This document shows positions 1-9,156 of a stretch of DNA of 55,234 nt, piece after piece. The notes beneath the pieces are model-generated. The model did no database searches, was not told the DNA's origin, and was given only the letters and a program-made list of their open reading frames with translations. The position numbers were made by a program, and so were the translations under genes. The stretch covers positions 1-55,234 of the IMG/VR virus record IMGVR_UViG_3300027895_000007. One strand, given 5' to 3'. Within the stretch, counting starts at the first letter, position 1; each line of letters begins with the position of its first letter. Origin of the DNA: a virus. Taxonomy: Duplodnaviria > Caudoviricetes.

Positions 1-576
<576 letters not shown>

Positions 577-580
<4 letters not shown>

Positions 581-819
581 ACTGCCCTAACTGTGGACAC
601 ACCATGACTGAGGCCGGATCGCTGTCGAACTATTGGTGCGATCAGTGCGGGACGCGCGTTATCCCCGACGGAACACACTTTGTTCCGTCGCTGGTGTTGT
701 CCTGCCGTGCATTCGGAGACGTGGCGATGGCTTCGGCCAGCTGCTCCTTGACGCGCGACAATCTGGGGGAGATGTGGAAACAGCTTGGTATCGTCAAAGC
801 GATCGGAGGTGCGAAGTGA
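577..819 (+). CDS. Small Zn-ribbon protein
   Basis: CPNC...CDQC motifs; GTGA-coupled to both neighbours. Confidence 0.65.
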
Positions 820-1046
820 ATCCTTCACCCGAACTGCTTCACTTCCTGCGTCTGGCCTGCACCGGCTCGGAGAGCTACGCCAGCTCCGGCGAGGTCCGGT
901 CGCATCGGCTGGCGCAAGTCGCGCTGGAAAACGTCGGCGCCCTGGATGGTCGCGCGGCAGCTGGCTTCGCTGAATTCGTGCAGGTCATTCGGACGGGCGG
1001 CGAAATGGTATTACGGCAGGCGCTGCGAAAGGCGGGAACTCCATGA
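816..1046 (+). CDS. Hypothetical protein (MNPSPELLHFLR...)
   Basis: GTG at 816 with GGAGG upstream, overlapping the previous stop; ATGA overlap downstream. Confidence 0.6.
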   Translation: MNPSPELLHFLRLACTGSESYASSGEVRSHRLAQVALENVGALDGRAAAGFAEFVQVIRTGGEMVLRQALRKAGTP

Positions 1047-1303
1047 AAGACACTCTGACCGGCCCGCGCCTGGCCGCGCTCAAAGAGGCCAATCGGCTCC
1101 TGACCGAGATTACCGAGAACCATGACGTATGGTGCGAGTGCGAATGGTGCGAGGCACGGATGCTCACCTATATCGACGACACCAGCGGTTTCGAGACGAC
1201 GCACCGGGCGGAATTAGTGAGAGAAAGCGAGGCGGCCTCGCTGACTGATTTACTTCTCCCCAACACTCATCAAGGAGACCATGCTAATGGCAACACTGTT
1301 TGA
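1043..1303 (+). CDS. Hypothetical protein with HxxxCxCxxC motif
   Basis: Coupled ORF containing HDVWCECEWC. Confidence 0.6.
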   Translation: MKDTLTGPRLAALKEANRLLTEITENHDVWCECEWCEARMLTYIDDTSGFETTHRAELVRESEAASLTDLLLPNTHQGDHANGNTV

Positions 1304-1829
1304 GATCAGCGAAGACCTGATGGCTCTTCATCGACTATTGGAGGACGCCACGGACGAAAGCGGGGAAATAAACCCCGAAGCGGCAGCCGCCCTGGAGGAA
1401 TGGTTTGCGACCGTCGAGCAGGACCGCGACAACAAACTTGACCGATACGCCCATCTGTGCCGCAATCTGAAGTTGCAAGCCGCCTGCCGTAAGGCTGAGG
1501 CCGACCAGATCGAGGCCGAAGTGCGGCGGCTGAAGCTGGCGGCCCAGGCCCGCGAGAATCAGGAAAAGCGGCTGCGGGAACGGCTCATGATGTTCTTCGA
1601 CCTGCATTCCGTGAATCGCATCGAGACGCAACGGCACAAGTTCAACGTGCAGAACAATGGCGGCGTGCAGGCCGTCGAGGTTAGTGTTCCAGCGGAAGAG
1701 TTACCGGCGGCGTTCCAGAAGGTGACGATCTCCCCGGCAACCGAGACGTTGCGAGCGGCGCTGCTGAATGGCGAGACGATCAAGGGCTGCACGCTCAAGG
1801 AGCGGGGGCGATCGCTGCGGATTACGTGA
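1281..1829 (+). CDS. Siphovirus Gp157 / Gam-like coiled-coil protein
   Basis: TLFEISEDL N-terminus, KLDRY...EVRRL coiled coil, C-terminal GETIKGCTL...SLRI; AAGGAG RBS. Confidence 0.8.
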   Translation: MLMATLFEISEDLMALHRLLEDATDESGEINPEAAAALEEWFATVEQDRDNKLDRYAHLCRNLKLQAACRKAEADQIEAEVRRLKLAAQARENQEKRLRERLMMFFDLHSVNRIETQRHKFNVQNNGGVQAVEVSVPAEELPAAFQKVTISPATETLRAALLNGETIKGCTLKERGRSLRIT

Positions 1830-1876
1830 GGTGCCGAATTCGAGCGACAATCGCTCTATCAACCCAAGGAGAAACC

Positions 1877-2203
1877 ATGATCGACGAAGCACTACGAACG
1901 GCCCCAACGCTTTCCCCAGCGGAAGCGGCTGTGAGCTATATCCTCCAGCGCATTCGGGTAGACGCGAACCTGCGCTACCACATGTTGCATACGGAGGCTT
2001 TCGGTCGACTCTGCGCCGCCGATGCGCTGCGGACCGGAAAGACGGAGGAGGAGGCCATGACGACCTACTCGACGCCGGCGGAGCATTGCCGAAACGATAA
2101 GCCGCAACTAATAGAATTGCGCAACGGCATCGAAAAAGCCATCAATCTTATGAGTGACGGTCACACCAGCAGCGCTCGAGATGTGCTGGAGCGACTCACG
2201 TGA
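1877..2203 (+). CDS. Hypothetical protein
   Basis: AAGGAG RBS before ATG 1877. Confidence 0.65.
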   Translation: MIDEALRTAPTLSPAEAAVSYILQRIRVDANLRYHMLHTEAFGRLCAADALRTGKTEEEAMTTYSTPAEHCRNDKPQLIELRNGIEKAINLMSDGHTSSARDVLERLT

Positions 2204-2281
2204 GACCACAACCGGTGGCAGTGGGTAGCCGCGGGGAGAAGGCCATTGCCAGCCGTGGTGTGGAGACGGAGACCGGCACAA

Positions 2282-2386
2282 TCCCGCGACGAATGGGCGT
2301 GGACCTGACCGAAGGCGTATCGGATCGCAGCCTCCTGGCGCTTCAGCGCTGCGAATGGTCCCGGTGGTTCGATTCCACCCGCGGGG
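2282..2386 (+). ncRNA. tRNA-like RNA (acceptor stem plus T-arm, expanded interior)
   Basis: TCCCGCG/CGCGGGG stem; T-arm GGTGG-TTCGATT-CCACC (2363-2379); internal GGACC/GGTCC stem enclosing two hairpins. Confidence 0.5.
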
Positions 2387-2511
2387 GTTTTCAGGCGTCC
2401 AGCTCCGGTTGCGAGAGCTCTGAGCCGTGGAAATCGGAGAACTCGACGCTACTCCCTCATGCGTCATTGAGAGGGACGGGTATTGAGACGCGACCGCAGA
2501 GACGGACGCTT

Positions 2512-2623
2512 TGCTGAGGGGGCGTGCACGGTGACACGCAGGGAGGGCATGCTTAGCATTTAACCCCAAGACAAGCCAGGAAGTTGGCCCTTGGTAGCCT
2601 GGTTCGACTCCGGGCCCTCAGCA
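2512..2623 (+). ncRNA. Second tRNA-like RNA (9-bp closing stem plus T-arm)
   Basis: TGCTGAGGG/CCCTCAGCA stem; T-arm CCTGG-TTCGACT-CCGGG (2598-2614); three internal hairpins. Confidence 0.5.
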
Positions 2624-2669
2624 TTCGGGCAGGTAGTTCAGTAGGCGATGGGGGGTAAGCCAATGACGG

Positions 2670-2909
2670 TTGATGACATCAGAAGATCTGGAAACAGCCA
2701 GGTCAAATCTTCTGCGCAAGTCAGGCTGGGAGGCGTCCAGCAACTGGCCAGGCGCTATTTGGCTGTGGACGAAAAAACTCCCGGATGGACGTAGTGTTTC
2801 GTGTAGCGAAACGACGGCTTTACACATTGAAGAGGCTTTGCAGTATACTATCGAAGGATGCTGCCCTTTGTGCGGGTGGGAATCGCCTTGCGAATGCGGA
2901 TACGCCTAA
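2670..2909 (+). CDS. Hypothetical protein with Cys-rich C-terminus
   Basis: ORF track; CCPLCGW..PCEC motif. Confidence 0.5.
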   Translation: MMTSEDLETARSNLLRKSGWEASSNWPGAIWLWTKKLPDGRSVSCSETTALHIEEALQYTIEGCCPLCGWESPCECGYA

Positions 2910-3057
2910 TTTTCACGCTTCCTTGTGGCTGCATCGCCTGCTCTGGAATGGGAACCGGAGTTGGTGGCGCGGCCCTCGGCCAACCAAAAGGAGAACCATG
3001 ATACCGGAGAAGAAAAGGAGCCGCTCAAGGTTTACTTCGGCAAGCCGTAACCGCACA

Positions 3058-3145
3058 ATCTAACGCCCGTCCCTTCATCCAGCCGCGGCTTGTTGCTGCG
3101 AGCAGACGCCGTTGCAAGCGGCAGAACTGCGGGCGTTAGGTTTTT
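3058..3145 (+). other. attC-like imperfect palindrome or terminator
   Basis: ATCTAAC ... GTTAGGT ends with perfect 10-bp inverted repeat CTAACGCCCG/CGGGCGTTAG, followed by a T run. Confidence 0.4.
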
Positions 3146-3163
3146 CTAACACGAGTCTAACAC

Positions 3164-3400
3164 ATGCCTCACAAGCAAACATCGTCAGTTGATCTCTTAC
3201 GAGTGGCTCAATTATTTTACCCGGTCATTATCACACAAATGGCCGATGAAATAAGCGAAGCCAAGGCCGCAGAACTGCTGGGTATGAACATCGAAACCTA
3301 TCGAGAAACCAAGGCTGGAATTGTAGCGGCCATTATGGGAATGATCGAAGCGCTGCCGTCTCCGTTAATTCTGTTGTTGGAACGGAAGGATAAAAATTAA
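3164..3400 (+). CDS. Small HTH-like protein
   Basis: ISEAKAAELLGMN motif resembles small HTH proteins. Confidence 0.55.
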   Translation: MPHKQTSSVDLLRVAQLFYPVIITQMADEISEAKAAELLGMNIETYRETKAGIVAAIMGMIEALPSPLILLLERKDKN

Positions 3401-3401
3401 C

Positions 3402-3683
3402 ATGCCGCGCAAGCCAATCTCTAACACCCCGGCCACGTCTCTCGAAGCCTTCACTGCCGCCGGCTTTCACTGCGGCTGCGCTCACCGCCTGCGCTCCGGG
3501 CGCTGGTCTGTGGCCGTCACGGTGGAGACGGAGGCCGAGGCGCGGGACAGGTGTCTCTTGTGCCAGCGCTGGCGCTGCGATGGGCCGCTCCAGCGCTGCG
3601 CCGGCTGCCAGGCGGAGTACGAGCGGGGCGCGGCCGGGATGGGGGAGCGGCACGAGCAGACGCTTTTTAGGGGTGAAAAATGA
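3402..3683 (+). CDS. Hypothetical Cys-rich protein
   Basis: ORF track; CxxC pairs. Confidence 0.55.
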   Translation: MPRKPISNTPATSLEAFTAAGFHCGCAHRLRSGRWSVAVTVETEAEARDRCLLCQRWRCDGPLQRCAGCQAEYERGAAGMGERHEQTLFRGEK

Positions 3684-3928
3684 AGACGCCTTACGAGACT
3701 CATCGGGCGCGGCTGGAGCTGCAATACCTGCTGTGGGAGCCTGAAAAGCTAAGCGAGCAACAGCTGCTCAACCTGAGCGGCATGCTGTGCGCTCTCGACT
3801 GGGTCTCCGGACACGGAGGAGAAGCGGTCCAGTCGATAGCCGATGGCAATGGCTTTGTGCCGGGACACACCGAGCCCGACATCATAGCTTACTTCAAAAG
3901 TCAGCTGGACCAAGGGATTCCCCCTTGA
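3680..3928 (+). CDS. Hypothetical protein
   Basis: ATGA-coupled ORF. Confidence 0.6.
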   Translation: MKTPYETHRARLELQYLLWEPEKLSEQQLLNLSGMLCALDWVSGHGGEAVQSIADGNGFVPGHTEPDIIAYFKSQLDQGIPP

Positions 3929-4065
3929 CAGAGGGCGGCGAGAGTTAGTAATCTTCTCCTCTGAAAGAAAGCTCCCTGGACCGGAGCACGATCAAACAAC
4001 ACGAATCACGCCGTCGCTTAGGGGCACTTCGCGCGGTCCAGGGCATTTACCCCGAGGCGGCGGCG
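3925..4065 (+). promoter_or_regulatory. Sigma70-like promoter plus structured leader upstream of the initiator gene
   Basis: TTGACA (3925)-18 nt-TAATCT; two hairpins with complementary loop regions, CCCTGGACCG (3974) and CGGTCCAGGG (4034). Confidence 0.55.
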
Positions 4066-4084
4066 CGTACACGCAGGCGCGAAG

Positions 4085-4984
4085 ATGCACCGAGGCTTCC
4101 TACGGCAGTGGCGCAAGGAACTGGAAAGCGAAGTCTTCACTGACCGGGACCCGATGCTTTACAAGGTCTGGAGCTGGTGCAAGATGAAAGCGAACTGGCA
4201 GGCAAAGCCGTTCAGGGGAACGATAATTCAGCCAGGGCAATTCATCATGAGTGTGACCCGCGCAGCCGAGACTTTTGGCATTTCCAGGCAATCAACCATT
4301 CGCATCCTGGACCGTCTTGAAGAGATGGGCAGTATAGTCAGAAAATCGAACAACCACTGGACAACCATAACTCTATGTAATTGGGGAACATACGAGGATT
4401 TAGACACTAAAAACGGCGAACTTTCGGACAACCAGCGGACAACCACTGGTACAACCAGCGGACAACCACTGGTACAACCAGCGGACACAACTAAAGAAAG
4501 TAAGAAAGAAATAAAGGAAGAAGGAAAACCAAAGACACCGGCTTCGCCGCCTTTTGACCCGCTTGCCGTTTTGTTTCCCAATTCACTCAACACCGCCGAG
4601 TTCAAAGCCGCCTGGTCAACGTGGGTTGCCCATCGCGTTGAAATAAAGAAGAAGCTGACACCGACGTCCGTTCGGCTGCAACTCAAGCACCTGGAAAAAA
4701 TCGGCGTGGTGCGGGCTATCGCCTCGATCGAGTACACGGTGGCGAAAGGGTGGGAAGGACTGCGCGAAGAGGACGGGGGGCGTAACGGCGCAGCCAAGCC
4801 AGGCTACTTCACCGAGGAAGAGATCGCCGCCGGCGCGAAACCGAGGCCAATGACTCCGCAGGAGTGTCTGGACATGAACGAAGCACACTGGAAAACCCTG
4901 GGGCCGCCGACAGCCAAAGACATCGAGCATCGGGAGCGCGAGCGCGCCAAGGTCGCGCAGTGGTATGCGGAGGGTTGTCCATGA
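4085..4984 (+). CDS. Phage replication initiator (replisome organizer, lambda O-like)
   Basis: N-terminal winged-HTH-like region (PGQF...ITLCNW..Y), iteron-containing linker, C-terminal W..HR..IKK..T...GWEGL domain. Confidence 0.8.
   Translation: MHRGFLRQWRKELESEVFTDRDPMLYKVWSWCKMKANWQAKPFRGTIIQPGQFIMSVTRAAETFGISRQSTIRILDRLEEMGSIVRKSNNHWTTITLCNWGTYEDLDTKNGELSDNQRTTTGTTSGQPLVQPADTTKESKKEIKEEGKPKTPASPPFDPLAVLFPNSLNTAEFKAAWSTWVAHRVEIKKKLTPTSVRLQLKHLEKIGVVRAIASIEYTVAKGWEGLREEDGGRNGAAKPGYFTEEEIAAGAKPRPMTPQECLDMNEAHWKTLGPPTAKDIEHRERERAKVAQWYAEGCP
4426..4540 (+). repeat. Iteron array plus A-rich tract (putative origin)
   Basis: Five tandem GG(T)ACAACCA(GC/CT) units at 4426-4482 followed by an A/purine-rich run. 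Confidence 0.75.
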
Positions 4985-5526
4985 TTGAAGCAACACAACG
5001 GACCGATGGAGCTTTTCTCGACGAAGCGCAGGCCCTTGCTGCGTTCGACCGGATCGTTGAGGCCAACGGCGCTTTCCGTCTCTACCGCGAAGTGCCAGGC
5101 GAGTATCTTCAGCCGCGGCCCGACACCGAAGACAAGGGCGCCAGAATCGACCGTCTGCTAGTTCCACTGAAGCCGGCCGTTGACGCAGGATGGAGAGCCG
5201 GCGCCATCGCGGTCGAAGGAAAGTGCTCGGGCAAGAAGCTGGGGCCGATTGTCAGCCAGGCTCTCGATTACTCGCGCTGCGCGTGGACGCTGGAAGAAGG
5301 CGTTCCCGGTCTGCGGCTCTTGTGCCTCTGGACTTTTCTTTTCCCTGTCAAGGATTTGAACTGCGACCTCGGTTTAATCGCGGCCAATAATCGAATCGGC
5401 CAGTGCAGCATCCGGAACGAATCGCTCTCGTTTTCCTGCTGCGCGACCGGCATCCTTACGGTTGAAACTTCTGGCGGTCTGCGCGTCCGCAATCCAGCGA
5501 TGGGAAAAAAGCGAGGCAGCCGATGA
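4981..5526 (+). CDS. PD-(D/E)XK-like nuclease
   Basis: RIDRLL...IAVEGK...QALDY motif pattern; ATGA-coupled on both sides. Confidence 0.55.
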   Translation: MIEATQRTDGAFLDEAQALAAFDRIVEANGAFRLYREVPGEYLQPRPDTEDKGARIDRLLVPLKPAVDAGWRAGAIAVEGKCSGKKLGPIVSQALDYSRCAWTLEEGVPGLRLLCLWTFLFPVKDLNCDLGLIAANNRIGQCSIRNESLSFSCCATGILTVETSGGLRVRNPAMGKKRGSR

Positions 5527-7313
5527 ATCTGAAACTGCACGCGATCCCGCTGGCCCTGCGCCAATTGCCCGCTTGGATTCTCTGGCGCAACGTGCCGGAC
5601 GGCGACAAAATGAAAAAGCTGCCGTTTTGCGTCAACGGAGGCTGCGCCAAGAGCGACACGCCAGAGACCTGGGGCACGTTCGAGGCCGCAGCGGCTCTGG
5701 CCCCGAAGTTTAGTGGCATCGGTTTTGTCTTCTCCGCCGACGATCCTTTTTGCGGCATCGACCTCGACGGTTGCCGCGATCCCGAGACGGGCCGCGTAGC
5801 AGAATGGGCCAGGAAAATCATCCTGGACCTGAACAGTTACGCCGAAGTGTCGCCTTCGCAAACAGGAGTCAAAATTTGGGTTATTGGCAAGTCGCCTCTC
5901 GATCGGGGGCGCAATCGCCCGCTGAAGAATGTGGAAAAGATCGGCGACAAGGAACCGGCTATCGAGGTGTACGACAAGCTCCGCTACTTCGCCATGACGG
6001 GCTGGGCGCTGAAGGGTATGGGCGGCGAGCCGCAAGAGCGTCAGCGGCAACTAGACGTTCTGTGCGACCGCTACTTCGTCGAGAAAACACAAGATGATCC
6101 CGCTTGGCAGAGCGATGCCGCCATCGTGGAGCGTGCCCGTAAGTACATCGCCAAACTGCCGCCGGCCGTCAGCGGATCGTCGGGCCACAACGCCACGTTT
6201 CACGCGGCTTGCGTACTGGTGCTTGGATTTGGTCTGTCGGAAGGCGACGCTTTGGGACTGATGCGGGAATACAACCAGTCGTGCCGGCCGCCCTGGTCCG
6301 AACGCGAACTGGTTCACAAAGTCAACCAGGCGGCGAAACAGGGCGGCGCTAGGAACTATTTGCGCAATGAGGCACCGAAGCAATGGGCTTCCCTTCGCGT
6401 GCCGCAATACATTCTCCAGGAAGCCCCGACAGCCGAACCACGGCTAACAACACTGGCAGCTGCTGCCAAGTCTTACCTCGATTCAATCCGCGGCGGCGTC
6501 TCGCCACTGATAGGCGTCGGCATCGACGAACTCGACTACGCCCTGGGCGGCGGCGTCGAAAAGGGCGAGCTGATAATCTTCGGCGCCCGTCCCTCGCACG
6601 GCAAAAGCGCCGTCGCTCTCCAATGCGTTCATCACTGGACCGCGCAAGGAATGCCATGCGCTATCGTCAGCGAAGAGATGAGCGCTCTGGCATTGGGGAA
6701 ACGCACCGTGCAATTCGTCTCTTCGGCTCCGCAAGAACACTGGCCTGGCCTGGCCGGACAGCTCGACTTGGAGATCGACGCTTATGCTTCAGGCCGCGCT
6801 CCCTGCGTCGTCCTGGAGGGCTGCGGATCGGCCAAGACGGTAATTGCCGAAGTCGAGAAGTGCGTCAGCCAGGAGAAGATTCAGGCCCTCGTCGTGGACT
6901 ACGCCCAACTACTGCGCGGCGCCGGCCGCACGCGCTACGAACAGATGACCGATGTTTCAATCGTTCTCCGCGGCCTGACGTCGGCTCATAAGCTGGTCTT
7001 GCTGGTGCTGTGCCAGCTAAACCGCGAGATCGACAAGCGTTCCGGAGAATTCAAGCCAGCACTGAGCGATCTGAAAGAGACGGGCCAGTTTGAGCAAGAC
7101 GCCGATGTGGTTTGTTTTCTCTGTTGGCCGTGGCGACTGAATCCGGATAAAGCTCAAAGCGAGTATCAGTTCTTCATCGAGAAGAATCGCAATCGTGGCA
7201 TCATGCAACGTATCGTTGACTGCTCCTTCGATCCGTCGCGGCAGAAGATTTCGCTGCCGTTGCCGAACTACGTAAACACGCCATTCGATAACGTCGTCGG
7301 GAGAGACCTTTGA
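5523..7313 (+). CDS. Prim-Pol + PriCT + DnaB-like (SF4) helicase fusion
   Basis: GIDLD, EVSPSQTG and IEVY..RY Prim-Pol motifs; PPWSEREL PriCT; GARPSHGKS, VVDYAQL, QLNR, EQDAD and KNR DnaB motifs. Confidence 0.85.
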   Translation: MNLKLHAIPLALRQLPAWILWRNVPDGDKMKKLPFCVNGGCAKSDTPETWGTFEAAAALAPKFSGIGFVFSADDPFCGIDLDGCRDPETGRVAEWARKIILDLNSYAEVSPSQTGVKIWVIGKSPLDRGRNRPLKNVEKIGDKEPAIEVYDKLRYFAMTGWALKGMGGEPQERQRQLDVLCDRYFVEKTQDDPAWQSDAAIVERARKYIAKLPPAVSGSSGHNATFHAACVLVLGFGLSEGDALGLMREYNQSCRPPWSERELVHKVNQAAKQGGARNYLRNEAPKQWASLRVPQYILQEAPTAEPRLTTLAAAAKSYLDSIRGGVSPLIGVGIDELDYALGGGVEKGELIIFGARPSHGKSAVALQCVHHWTAQGMPCAIVSEEMSALALGKRTVQFVSSAPQEHWPGLAGQLDLEIDAYASGRAPCVVLEGCGSAKTVIAEVEKCVSQEKIQALVVDYAQLLRGAGRTRYEQMTDVSIVLRGLTSAHKLVLLVLCQLNREIDKRSGEFKPALSDLKETGQFEQDADVVCFLCWPWRLNPDKAQSEYQFFIEKNRNRGIMQRIVDCSFDPSRQKISLPLPNYVNTPFDNVVGRDL

Positions 7314-7603
7314 ACGCACCTATTGATGCAGCCTTGGCCGGCATTCTCGAACTCTCGCGGCGTTATTGGATAGCACACGGACGAATTGATGGAACGCCAC
7401 CAGAACAGGAACAACACCCCATGATCCGCAAATCCAAAGGCGAGCTAATCGCCATCTGCTCCGAATGTGAAGCCGAATTCCCCGGTGGCGTACAGGATGA
7501 CTTCCGGGCGTTCGTGGAGGAGCTGAAGGCCACCGGCTGGAAGGTGCGGAAGGTGGAAGACGAGTGGGAGCATGTGTGCCCCGGATGTTTGGGAGAATCA
7601 TAA
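7310..7603 (+). CDS. Small Zn-binding protein
   Basis: CSEC...GW...HVCPGC; start may be ATG 7421. Confidence 0.55.
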   Translation: MNAPIDAALAGILELSRRYWIAHGRIDGTPPEQEQHPMIRKSKGELIAICSECEAEFPGGVQDDFRAFVEELKATGWKVRKVEDEWEHVCPGCLGES

Positions 7604-8025
7604 TGACCACAAAATTTCTCGACGGCCCCGCCGCCGGCCAAGTGCTGATGATTCGCCGCGCCCCTATGTTCTTGCGCGTTGTGTTCAACCACGGCACGAA
7701 GCAATGGGATGCCCTCGACCAGCTGGCCGACAAGCCGCATCCATCCGAGACGGTCTACGCTTACCAGCTGGTCGAGAACCGCGGCGTGATCCACATTTGC
7801 AGCCGTGGCAAGCGCGGCGCAAGCGGTTATTTTGCGATGGCGGATTACGCCGTGGTCGGGCTGCAGCCCGACCGAGAGACGATGCGGCTCAATACGAAAT
7901 GGCAGGCGTGGTGCGAATGGATGGCGCTGCCCGAATCGGTCGACGACCGCACGTCCGAGGACATGCGGGTCGATGCGGAGACGCCGCGGGAGCGAGCGGA
8001 GCGCGAAGCGCGGGAGTGCGATTGA
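7603..8025 (+). CDS. Hypothetical protein (FLDGP motif)
   Basis: TAATG coupling; GGAG RBS. Confidence 0.65.
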   Translation: MTTKFLDGPAAGQVLMIRRAPMFLRVVFNHGTKQWDALDQLADKPHPSETVYAYQLVENRGVIHICSRGKRGASGYFAMADYAVVGLQPDRETMRLNTKWQAWCEWMALPESVDDRTSEDMRVDAETPRERAEREARECD

Positions 8026-8561
8026 TGACAACGATATTCGTCCGTCAGCGAAAGCCATCGCAGCGGCGTGAACAAGATAAGCTCGTGCCGGACTCATTTT
8101 TCTCTCGCTATGGAGCCGACACAGCCATCGTCGAGAAGAACCCGTTTCTTCCCAATGGCATCAGAATAACGACCTATACCGAAATTGGAGAGAGAAAGAA
8201 GCAGAAGCAGCGCGATAATATCGAACGCAAACACAGGAGTGATACCGAGATTCGGGCTGCTTATCTTTGGGTGTTCTGGTGCCCAGGGTTCGCTTTCATG
8301 GGGTGGTGGGCGTATCTGAAGGGTTTGGGCTGGGAATCGAACAAGTGGAACGCACATTGGGTTGCCAGCCAGGGGATGCGGCTATTTCCAGAGCCGCAGC
8401 TTTTCTCGACCGAGGACAGCTGGAAGGAATGGTTTGCGAGCAATTTTCGCAAAGGGAGTTGGGCCAGGGAGCCGCAAGGAAAAGCAAAAGTGTGGGTGAG
8501 ACTTTATAGAGGCCTCTGCGAAAAGGTGGCGATTAACCGGGTGGAATTGGAGTTCGATTGA
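8025..8561 (+). CDS. Hypothetical Trp-rich protein
   Basis: TGATG coupling at both ends. Confidence 0.6.
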   Translation: MTTIFVRQRKPSQRREQDKLVPDSFFSRYGADTAIVEKNPFLPNGIRITTYTEIGERKKQKQRDNIERKHRSDTEIRAAYLWVFWCPGFAFMGWWAYLKGLGWESNKWNAHWVASQGMRLFPEPQLFSTEDSWKEWFASNFRKGSWAREPQGKAKVWVRLYRGLCEKVAINRVELEFD

Positions 8562-9037
8562 TGGACCTGCAAGCCAAGATCGAATCGCTCCGCCGTGGTG
8601 TGCAATACGGCCTGGAGCACGGCAAGAAAAACCTGATCGTCGGCCTGGACGTTCTGGCGGCGCTGCTGAACATCACGACGCCGCCCCACTGCGAACACGA
8701 CGTCAAGGATGGCGACTGGTGCGAAGTGTGCAGCGATGCGCGACGGGCAGCAGAAATCGAGAACGCGGAGCCGGATCGACCTCGCTGCCGTGTGTGCGGC
8801 TGGCCTCTTGCATCAACGGCGGCGCAAGGGTGTGTCGACGGGAATTGTTGCGAAAGGCCGCGACGACCATGCCCAAAACCCAAGCCCGCCCCGGAGTCAC
8901 CAGGAAATGCAGCTGCGGACGCGAGTTGCGGCGCTCGAAATCCAGGTGCTATGTCTGTGCCCCGCGCAAGTGTTCCATCTGCCACGTCGAGGAGCGCCAA
9001 GGCGGCTGCTACTGCGAGGCGTGTGCGAACATGCTAA
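8561..9037 (+). CDS. Hypothetical Cys-rich protein
   Basis: GGAG RBS; 3' part overlaps the next ORF. Confidence 0.5.
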   Translation: MDLQAKIESLRRGVQYGLEHGKKNLIVGLDVLAALLNITTPPHCEHDVKDGDWCEVCSDARRAAEIENAEPDRPRCRVCGWPLASTAAQGCVDGNCCERPRRPCPKPKPAPESPGNAAADASCGARNPGAMSVPRASVPSATSRSAKAAATARRVRTC

Positions 9038-9156
9038 AGGTGTTGCATCAGCTCCACGGCGGCCCGGACCCATTGAGGCTTAACATTCCGGGGCGAGCGG
9101 AGCGAATTGTGGAGTACAGGGAACGGGCGGCGAAGGGAAAGGACCTTTTCGTATGA
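8869..9156 (+). CDS. Zn-finger protein
   Basis: Several CxC/CxxC pairs; ATGA-coupled to the methyltransferase. Confidence 0.55.
   Translation: MPKTQARPGVTRKCSCGRELRRSKSRCYVCAPRKCSICHVEERQGGCYCEACANMLKVLHQLHGGPDPLRLNIPGRAERIVEYRERAAKGKDLFV

Noticed and set aside
2518-2623. tmRNA
   Set aside because: The GGGGGCG start is reminiscent, but there is no matching 3' end with CCA, no tag ORF, and it is far too short.
4426-4482. Mini-CRISPR
   Set aside because: Units are adjacent with no spacers and lie inside the initiator gene; iterons fit better.
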